IMG/VR virus record: IMGVR_UViG_3300001598_000043
Coordinates: 1-64,000 of that record
Reading direction: 5' to 3' (one strand)
Origin: a virus
Lineage: Duplodnaviria > Caudoviricetes
DNA: 64,000 bases
The first letter of the stretch is position 1. Each line of letters starts with the position of its first letter. This document shows, piece after piece, positions 57,137-64,000 of the stretch. Position numbers and translations under genes: made by a program. The notes beneath the pieces were generated by a model. The model was not told the DNA's origin. It searched no databases and worked only from the letters and a program-made list of their open reading frames with translations.

Positions 57137-57454
57137 TTAGTGAGTGTCCATCCAAACTTCTTCTTTACTGAATTTTCTTGGTGGAAATATTGTATCATCA
57201 TTTACTTCTTGTTGGATGATATCATATTTCTTTTTAAGTTCTCTTACCATTCTGTATATGTTTGATTTTGAATATCCTAAATAATCAGCTTGGACGGATA
57301 CTGGTATTTTGTGGATTCTCGAACGCATAATATAAGCTTCATCATCACTCAACATAGCCATTTCAATGAATTTATCAACTCTACTTTTTGTCCATGCTAC
57401 TTGTGTTCGGCATTTACGCTTTTTAGGTTTATCATACTCATCATGCTTTTTCAT
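57137..57454 (-). CDS. HTH (sigma region-4-like) protein
   Basis: LSDDEAYIMRSRI....V..QADYLGYSKSNIYRMV. Confidence 0.65.
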   Translation of the reverse strand: MKKHDEYDKPKKRKCRTQVAWTKSRVDKFIEMAMLSDDEAYIMRSRIHKIPVSVQADYLGYSKSNIYRMVRELKKKYDIIQQEVNDDTIFPPRKFSKEEVWMDTH

Positions 57455-57462
57455 AAACCCTC

Positions 57463-58227
57463 CTACTCTACATAAACTTCATTACCTGAATTCACTGCAC
57501 AAATCCATCCACTTGGAATTTGAATCCAAATCTGACCATTTGTTGTCTGAACTCCTTTACAAGTAATTTTGGTATTACGCTTTAATATTCCATCACCGTT
57601 GTTATCAGCAAATCCATTCTTCTTTGCGTTAACTGATAATTCAGAGAATTTTTTCTTATCTCCTCTTGGTGATACTCTTACAAATAAATTAACTGTAGTT
57701 GTGTAAGTTTTACCGACAGAATATGTTGGTTGTACAATTATATTCTGACTCTCTTCTTTATCATAAACCGTCAGCCCATATTTCTCGACAGTCTTACACA
57801 ATGAATTTACATATGTGCTTGATGTGGCATAACCATCCTGTTTCAGCATATCAGCATACTGTCTATATGTCGTTGCATTCTTTAAATTAGCATAACGATT
57901 TGTAGATATGAAATCATAGTACCCTTTTACTCCGTCTCTATCGTTATCATATGCCCTAAAATTATCTTTGATTGTGACTAAAGTACCAGTTATGTATTCC
58001 TCCTTAGTCTTCATATTGACTGATTTACCTTTCCAAGAAGAGCCACATTTCATACCAAAGTGGTTATGATAATTTTTAGCAAGTGAAGATGTACCACATG
58101 CACCCTCTATAATTGCCTGAGCAATTACTGTCGAACAAACTTTATAACCTCTTGCCCTTGACTCTATTTGAATTATTGGCGCTATATACGATATGAATGC
58201 TTTTGCTTGTGATTCTGTATATCCCAT
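57463..58227 (-). CDS. Endolysin, GH73 glucosaminidase with C-terminal cell-wall-binding domain
   Basis: IAQAIIEG, NHFGMKC, TKEE, FRAY, YATSSTY; start MGYTES after AAAGGA. Confidence 0.9.
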   Translation of the reverse strand: MGYTESQAKAFISYIAPIIQIESRARGYKVCSTVIAQAIIEGACGTSSLAKNYHNHFGMKCGSSWKGKSVNMKTKEEYITGTLVTIKDNFRAYDNDRDGVKGYYDFISTNRYANLKNATTYRQYADMLKQDGYATSSTYVNSLCKTVEKYGLTVYDKEESQNIIVQPTYSVGKTYTTTVNLFVRVSPRGDKKKFSELSVNAKKNGFADNNGDGILKRNTKITCKGVQTTNGQIWIQIPSGWICAVNSGNEVYVE

Positions 58228-58228
58228 T

Positions 58229-58354
58229 TTATTTCCTTTCTTCAATCCATCTCATAAATGCACTTGCAACATCAAGCGCCACTGAACTGAAAACTACTAA
58301 TGTTGTACCTATTAAAATTAGTATTAAAACAATAGCTGTGATTATATCTCCCAT
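58229..58354 (-). CDS. 41-aa single-TM protein, not in track
   Basis: MGDIITAIVLILILIGTTLVVFSSVALDVASAFMRWIEERK. Confidence 0.5.
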   Translation of the reverse strand: MGDIITAIVLILILIGTTLVVFSSVALDVASAFMRWIEERK

Positions 58355-58357
58355 TTA

Positions 58358-58696
58358 TTAGTCTTCTTTCTTACATCTCTTAACAAATGCTTCTACAATA
58401 GTATCAATGTCATCTAATGACAATGTTATCTTTACTTCATCTTCCATAAACTTAATTACTTTTGACATTACTTCTGATTTCTTTCTTTCCCACTCATCTG
58501 CTGGAATTGTCTGATTAGCCCATTCAACTGCATCTTCAATAAAGTCAATAAGTCTATTAGTTTCAATCTCTCCAATCTTTGATTCAATATAAGGTTTAAT
58601 TACTGTCTTAATAAATGGAATTACGTAGGCAGTGATTATAATACCTAATACTGACATAATACATTTCATAACCTCAATAAAAATTTCTGTTTTCAT
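58358..58696 (-). CDS. Holin (LL-H-like)
   Basis: N-terminal TM, AVEWANQ...KKSEV...IVEAFV; next to the endolysin. Confidence 0.75.
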   Translation of the reverse strand: MKTEIFIEVMKCIMSVLGIIITAYVIPFIKTVIKPYIESKIGEIETNRLIDFIEDAVEWANQTIPADEWERKKSEVMSKVIKFMEDEVKITLSLDDIDTIVEAFVKRCKKED

Positions 58697-58708
58697 TTTG
58701 AATCTCCT

Positions 58709-58966
58709 TTACATTGTAATGTTTTCTGATACGCTATGTTTATGCATATTTTCAGCTTTGGCTTTCCATATGATAAATCCTGTATGAATACTTAATTCGG
58801 CCCATATAAGAGGACATACTACAGATACAAAAGAATAATCATCAATACCTAATACACTACCAAATACTGATAATACAAGACATATAAGTGTATACATCCA
58901 AGTAAATATTAAATTGATTATATATAGTTTATCTGTAAATCCTCGTTTTTTGAAAAATCTAATCAT
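58709..58966 (-). CDS. Two-TM membrane protein of the lysis cassette
   Basis: Two hydrophobic helices, WKAKAEN. Confidence 0.6.
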   Translation of the reverse strand: MIRFFKKRGFTDKLYIINLIFTWMYTLICLVLSVFGSVLGIDDYSFVSVVCPLIWAELSIHTGFIIWKAKAENMHKHSVSENITM

Positions 58967-58971
58967 AATAT

Positions 58972-60000
58972 TTAATCCGTTGTTTTTGTGTATTCAATAA
59001 ATACCCTCACTGTTGCTGAGCTTCTATTGTAACCAAACACAACTTCTATATTTGTTCGGCTAACATCACAAAAGTTCGTCAAAGCAACATTGATACCAGA
59101 TGATGTAAATTGCGCTCCTGGCATTGGTTGTACCATTCCACTACTAAACACTAAAAACATTTCATATCTGCAAATATTTTCAACATTTGCAATATTATGC
59201 GGAAATGTTTGAGTTTTATAAGTTTCGGACGTTGGAGTTATCTCAATCATTTTTCTATAAATAGGCTTGCCATCAATCCATGTTCCTACAACCTGCTCTT
59301 TTGAATAATCATTTAATCCTATATATTCTAAATCGTACTTGATGCAATATAAAACCGACGTATTCGTTGGTCTTGTGGCCATATTACCATTATATGTACT
59401 TGTTCCCCATTGACTACCTTGTATTGCTTTTCCTCTCGTTGCATTTTTATTTATTTCATCTGCGTTAGATATAAAATCTGTAATAGAAGGTTTATCATAA
59501 TATATAAGATGGCCGTTCACATTAGGTGTAATATATGGAATCAATGTAGGTGCTTGATGCACACCTACAGATGAACCTTTTCCACCATACTGATGACTGT
59601 TGGTTCCAGTACCTCTTAAAAATTCACCTCTTAAATCTGGTACAGCAAATGTTATAATTCCATCTCCACCGAAATAATTAAAACTGCCAAATTCTTTATT
59701 GATGTGGTTTGCCAATTTCACATAATCAGAAATATTATATATGCTACCATCACAGGCAAGATAATTTGCGGGCGGTGTATTCCCCATATAAGAAATAATT
59801 GTTCCGACTGGTGCTACGTCAACTGATGAACCACTTCCACCTTTTGGTGCAAATACTTCAGTCGTGATTTCATTTATTGTAACCTCTGCTATTTTTTCAC
59901 CCTCTGTTACAACTTGTTCCCAATATACATCTGAGCCGCCTGAACTCCCCCCACCATTTGAATAATCTATCCCATTTACAATAAGTGTTCCTTTATCCAT
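58972..60000 (-). CDS. Tail fibre protein with tail-collar domain
   Basis: PVGTIISY.G.TPPANYLACDG...FAVPDLRGEFLRG; C-terminal EQVVGTWIDGKPIYRK domain. Confidence 0.85.
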   Translation of the reverse strand: MDKGTLIVNGIDYSNGGGSSGGSDVYWEQVVTEGEKIAEVTINEITTEVFAPKGGSGSSVDVAPVGTIISYMGNTPPANYLACDGSIYNISDYVKLANHINKEFGSFNYFGGDGIITFAVPDLRGEFLRGTGTNSHQYGGKGSSVGVHQAPTLIPYITPNVNGHLIYYDKPSITDFISNADEINKNATRGKAIQGSQWGTSTYNGNMATRPTNTSVLYCIKYDLEYIGLNDYSKEQVVGTWIDGKPIYRKMIEITPTSETYKTQTFPHNIANVENICRYEMFLVFSSGMVQPMPGAQFTSSGINVALTNFCDVSRTNIEVVFGYNRSSATVRVFIEYTKTTD

Positions 60001-60002
60001 AG

Positions 60003-60491
60003 TTAATCACCTACCTTTGTATATTCTAAAATAATATTAGCGTTATAAACAGCTACTGCACCAATATTATATCTAAAATACATTTCTAAATTATTATTAT
60101 TTGGTCTATACCATATTCCACTCAAATATCCATTATTTGTAGAATTTAAAAATTTTGCAGATATAATTTTTATATTTCCAATATTATCGTATATATTAGT
60201 CCATTCATTTGCCGTTATAGAAATATTTTTTGTTATTTTTATAACTTTTCTGTATAAAGGTTCACCGAACCAAGTACCGATAACACGTTCTGTATCATCA
60301 TATATTTGTTTTCCTTCTCCGCCTTCTGAATAATTAGTAATCAATCTAGGAACACCGTCTGTTAATTTGGTGTAAGGTAACGCTTCGTATTCCTCCATTG
60401 TCATTTCGACAAATTCAGTTCCTCCTCCTCCGCCACCTCCGTGTTCAAATAAATATGCTAATCGTTTATCTTTTCCAACATATTGAGCCAT
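60003..60491 (-). CDS. Tail fibre-associated protein
   Basis: Shares the ERVIGTW.G.PLYRK domain with 58972..60000. Confidence 0.65.
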   Translation of the reverse strand: MAQYVGKDKRLAYLFEHGGGGGGGTEFVEMTMEEYEALPYTKLTDGVPRLITNYSEGGEGKQIYDDTERVIGTWFGEPLYRKVIKITKNISITANEWTNIYDNIGNIKIISAKFLNSTNNGYLSGIWYRPNNNNLEMYFRYNIGAVAVYNANIILEYTKVGD

Positions 60492-60495
60492 AAAA

Positions 60496-62715
60496 TCACC
60501 TCACAAATTTGAAATTTCTATACGCAGGCGAACCAAAACATCCGAACATTACTATGTAATCAACATATGGTAATGTAGAAATACCCACTGAATGAGTCTG
60601 CCAATCTGTGACTTCTGTGCAAGTCACATATGGAGATAATCTTGTTACCATTTTACCGTCTATCACGGCCGCCACTCCTGCTTGATATTTGTGCCAATTT
60701 TCAACTGATTCCCAGCCTCTCGGCATACCATTATACTGTATCAATCTTCCATCAAATTTAAAGAAATGATAGCCTCTAATTCTCTTTATAGGTATATAAA
60801 ACAAAACTGAATTTTGTCCAACTCTTCCTTGTATAGGAGCTTTGTCTGTTCCTACTGCTCCTTTTTTTCTATAATATCCGCCCGATGTTTTATAAAACTC
60901 TTCGCCATAATACTGACTATGCATCAATATGTATTTAGATAAATACCATTGCGATAAATGCGATACATCGGGGAAATCTGTTACAGTTGGGCTAGGATTC
61001 ATATATTTCTTAATCATTGATTCAAATTTAGTAGGGTTATTGTCTAAAATTTCCTCATCCATGTATTCGGGAATGATACCATCTGGTAATACATCATAAC
61101 CCCAATTACCAAAATCATCAAAAGCATCATAATCTTCTGTAGAAAATCCACCATCAAATGAATAATCACCACCTGTTGTTGCGGCTGATAATATGTATGA
61201 ACTAACAAGGTTTATAGAATCTACTTTACCATTACTTACTGATAATGTTACAAGGAATGTATGATTACCTTTTGTTAAATCTTTTATAAGATAGTTTAAC
61301 ATCATCATATGTCCACCATCTCCATAATCACAAGTTATAGTTTTTACTACAGTATCATCTTGTAATAATTTGGCTACTACTCTACAATCTGAATATACAT
61401 CCTCGACAACATTTGTTTCAGCCATAAAATTTATACAACTATAGAATGATGCCTTTTCACCCTCAGAACCATTACTAAATTCAAATGTCTCAACAGTATG
61501 TGTTTCACCACTTGCTATTGCTGACTCATTAATACTAGCAGGCAACAAATACTCAACTGTCTTAATTGATAATGACTGTTTTTCCTGTGATGTTCTCTTA
61601 ATAGACTCAATCTGTGTGTGTAAATCTGTAATAAATTCTACCTGGTATTCATCACCCTCTGATATATAAGAATCTTTTAATGCCTGTATTCCAGACATCT
61701 CTCTGTTTAAAACATAAAATGTTTTGTTTATAAACTCTGAATCATCAGGTTTAGATTTATCGTAGTCATAATTATAAACTTCATAACTGACGGCATCTAA
61801 TCCACATTCTATCCACGGTAATCCATTATTACTACTTTTAACTGGTATATACTTAAAACCACTTATTGAATCATGAATGTATTGTGCAATAGATTTTTTA
61901 ACATTCTGACCTAAATCTACAGTAAACATATTACCTTGCACAATGTAAGTATTTTTTCCACCACCATATGCCACCTGTTTAGAATCATCCTCATTCTGTC
62001 TGACAATAACTCTATCCACAGGTTTTACTTCAAACTCTTCAAAATCAACTGTTCTATAAAAATCAAAATGTTCTACATTCTCTAAATCTTTTATTGGTGC
62101 TCTATATTCAAATTTACCATCTCTATTTATAATACCAAACATACCATTAATCTGACATATAGAACGTATAACAGTAATTGATTGTAATGACTCTGGATTA
62201 TATTGTTTATTTACTGATATCGTATCAGCTGGCAATGTTGCAGATACTTGTGTTATACCTAAATAGCTAAATAAACTATTTCTTAAATTAAGTAATGTTA
62301 TAGGAAATGTTAGTGATTTATACCAACCAGCTACGTCTATGTTACCTTTTGAGTATAAAACATCATAAGCAGTAATTTCCTTACTACGTTTATTACTATC
62401 TCGTACAACACTGTCTACAATACCTGAAAATAATTTTATTGGTGATGATGATGTTGCATCTGTATAGATGTAAGCTTCTATCTTCTTACCTTTAATGTCT
62501 TGTTTTAAATTACTAACCTTAATTTTAAAAGAAGATGCAATACAACCTACAAATTCAATATTCTTACTTTCGCATAAAGATTCTTTTAATTTGAGACTTT
62601 CTGTATAAATTTGGTCATTAGTAATTGTCATTCCCAGCTCTGGGAATGACAATCTAATATATTTCATTATTGAATTGTCTCGATATTCGTTTTTTACTAA
62701 ATCTGATACTTGCAT
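60496..62715 (-). CDS. Tail/baseplate hub-type protein
   Basis: 739 aa directly after the distal-tail gene; SICQING.FG.I.RDG.F.Y pattern. Confidence 0.65.
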   Translation of the reverse strand: MQVSDLVKNEYRDNSIMKYIRLSFPELGMTITNDQIYTESLKLKESLCESKNIEFVGCIASSFKIKVSNLKQDIKGKKIEAYIYTDATSSSPIKLFSGIVDSVVRDSNKRSKEITAYDVLYSKGNIDVAGWYKSLTFPITLLNLRNSLFSYLGITQVSATLPADTISVNKQYNPESLQSITVIRSICQINGMFGIINRDGKFEYRAPIKDLENVEHFDFYRTVDFEEFEVKPVDRVIVRQNEDDSKQVAYGGGKNTYIVQGNMFTVDLGQNVKKSIAQYIHDSISGFKYIPVKSSNNGLPWIECGLDAVSYEVYNYDYDKSKPDDSEFINKTFYVLNREMSGIQALKDSYISEGDEYQVEFITDLHTQIESIKRTSQEKQSLSIKTVEYLLPASINESAIASGETHTVETFEFSNGSEGEKASFYSCINFMAETNVVEDVYSDCRVVAKLLQDDTVVKTITCDYGDGGHMMMLNYLIKDLTKGNHTFLVTLSVSNGKVDSINLVSSYILSAATTGGDYSFDGGFSTEDYDAFDDFGNWGYDVLPDGIIPEYMDEEILDNNPTKFESMIKKYMNPSPTVTDFPDVSHLSQWYLSKYILMHSQYYGEEFYKTSGGYYRKKGAVGTDKAPIQGRVGQNSVLFYIPIKRIRGYHFFKFDGRLIQYNGMPRGWESVENWHKYQAGVAAVIDGKMVTRLSPYVTCTEVTDWQTHSVGISTLPYVDYIVMFGCFGSPAYRNFKFVR

Positions 62716-62719
62716 AATC

Positions 62720-63130
62720 CTAATACTCTATAAAATGAAATGTTACTGCGTCATAAATAAATTTTCCGTCACTATCAATGCCAACAATTGGCACTTCTAA
62801 ACTTGGATTAAGATAAAAGTGACCAGTTTTATTTGCACCATATTCTTGGTCGTAGTATTCACAATTGGCATCACGTTCTCTAGGGTTTCTATAATTCCTT
62901 ACTATACCATTCATTATACTACGATACTTATCTTCTGACAATTTAATCGTACTAAATTGGATGTCAGTTTTAGTGTGTTCCAATGCATTTCTTTGTGTCA
63001 AACCACTTGCATCTGTATACGAATCTAGGTCTTGTCTTTGATTTGGCTTTACTTTAAAGGTGTTCCATTGTATGTATTCAAGTGGAAAATTGTAATCACC
63101 AAATTTAAATACTATTCTTGAATTTGCCAT
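62720..63130 (-). CDS. Distal-tail-like protein
   Basis: Follows the tape measure; QDLDSYTDASG...R. Confidence 0.6.
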   Translation of the reverse strand: MANSRIVFKFGDYNFPLEYIQWNTFKVKPNQRQDLDSYTDASGLTQRNALEHTKTDIQFSTIKLSEDKYRSIMNGIVRNYRNPRERDANCEYYDQEYGANKTGHFYLNPSLEVPIVGIDSDGKFIYDAVTFHFIEY

Positions 63131-63141
63131 ACTTTTACTCC

Positions 63142-64000
63142 TTATGTGAATGCAGGACTTCCTGTACGTTTTTTATATTCAGTAGATTGATTTCTTACAG
63201 CTCTAAATACCTCTGCACCATCAATCTGAATAACAATATCACTGTTATCTGTATTTCCACCGTATCCGCCATATGCAGATAAAGCCTCAATCATTGCTTC
63301 TTTCATTGTATTAAGAGGTGAAATAATTTCTGTATCTCTATTATTATCACCGACTCTTACAATATGTTCTTGCATTGTAGGTGGAATTACTGTACCTGTG
63401 GCAGCTCCGTTTATACGATAACCACTATTTGAATAACTACTAAAAAATCCTGTTACTTTATTCTTAACACTTGTAAGTGATGAGAATATGTTACTTATTC
63501 CAGACTTAATTGATGATATCCAACTACTGAATGATGAAGATATTTCTCTAAATACATTAATTACATTTTGTTTTGCTTGATTAAAACTTTGTCTAAATGT
63601 AGTTGGTATATCCTTTAATGTAGTCATCCATTTACTTTGATTTAGTCTATTAACTACGTCATTCTGCCACCAATTTTGAATATCAGTCTTCCACTGTGTC
63701 GTAGTTTCTGTCCATTTGGTTTTTAATGCAGTTTTCATTGTATCATATGTCTTTAACCAATTTTCAGTTGAGAATTTAGGTTTAACTGTATCTTCATACC
63801 ACGATACTATAGCATTTTTAGCATTCTCTTTCCATTCGTTAAATGAATTTTTAGCACTGGATACCACTTCACTTATTTTATCTCCCCATTGAGTAAACTT
63901 ATCAGAAGCACTCACTTTCCACTCTTCAAATGACTGTCCTGTTTCAGCTATCCATAATCCTATATTTTGCTTTGTGTTTGTTGACCACTCGGTAAATGAC
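63142..64000 (-). CDS. Tape measure protein, C-terminal part (5' end outside the window)
   Basis: Trp-periodic amphipathic repeats, AATG.VIPP...VGD C-terminal motif, IQIDGAEVFRAV. Confidence 0.85.
   Translation of the reverse strand, partial: SFTEWSTNTKQNIGLWIAETGQSFEEWKVSASDKFTQWGDKISEVVSSAKNSFNEWKENAKNAIVSWYEDTVKPKFSTENWLKTYDTMKTALKTKWTETTTQWKTDIQNWWQNDVVNRLNQSKWMTTLKDIPTTFRQSFNQAKQNVINVFREISSSFSSWISSIKSGISNIFSSLTSVKNKVTGFFSSYSNSGYRINGAATGTVIPPTMQEHIVRVGDNNRDTEIISPLNTMKEAMIEALSAYGGYGGNTDNSDIVIQIDGAEVFRAVRNQSTEYKKRTGSPAFT

Noticed and set aside
37-57890. All plus-strand ORFs in the track (for example 42945..43592, 215 aa; 13507..13830; 46952..47338)
   Set aside because: They are antisense shadows of well-supported minus-strand genes, with Ser/Phe/Leu-rich composition, no RBS and no motifs.
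58972-60491. Diversity-generating retroelement targeting the fibre genes
   Set aside because: No reverse transcriptase and no TR/VR pair differing at adenines. The two genes share only a diverged protein domain.
1-64000. Stop-codon reassignment
   Set aside because: Long conserved genes are intact under code 11 and end in TAA, TAG or TGA. The breaks in polA and dnaX are frame changes or insertions, not in-frame read-through.

Overview
An AT-rich 64-kb segment of a tailed dsDNA phage genome, probably from a Firmicutes (Clostridia-like) host. The host is inferred from strong GGAGG ribosome-binding sites, consensus sigmaA promoters, a GH73 endolysin and RecU. Every credible gene is on the minus strand. 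In transcription order (right to left) it holds: tape-measure 3' end, tail/fibre genes, lysis cassette, a self-contained 8-gene operon of unknown function, early genes, a replication module (initiator, DnaC-like loader, DnaB, primase, SSB, PolA, beta-clamp), three DNA methyltransferases, many small ORFs, recombination genes (Cas4-like nuclease, RecU, RecA), a complete DnaX/HolB/HolA clamp loader, a QueC-like enzyme, the packaging module (terS, tRNA-Gln, terL) and fibre-like structural genes running off the left edge. No integrase, portal or capsid gene is in the window. The most striking feature is nine free-standing ORFs around the terminase that all start M-G-(A/S)-(T/V)-G but carry unrelated toxin-type domains: three to four ADP-ribosyltransferases, a papain-fold deamidase/peptidase, a zincin, a JAB-like domain and two unknowns. 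They are interleaved with tiny Lys-rich ORFs. The shared peptide looks like a loading or modification tag, and the QueC-like PP-loop enzyme is a candidate N-terminal-glycine modifier (hypothesis). Other highlights: dnaX split in two by a GIY-YIG endonuclease with no intron core; polA interrupted by a group I intron, a Hint-like insert and two frame breaks; and a kissing-loop/terminator leader before the replication initiator. All family assignments come from motif reading, with no database searches.
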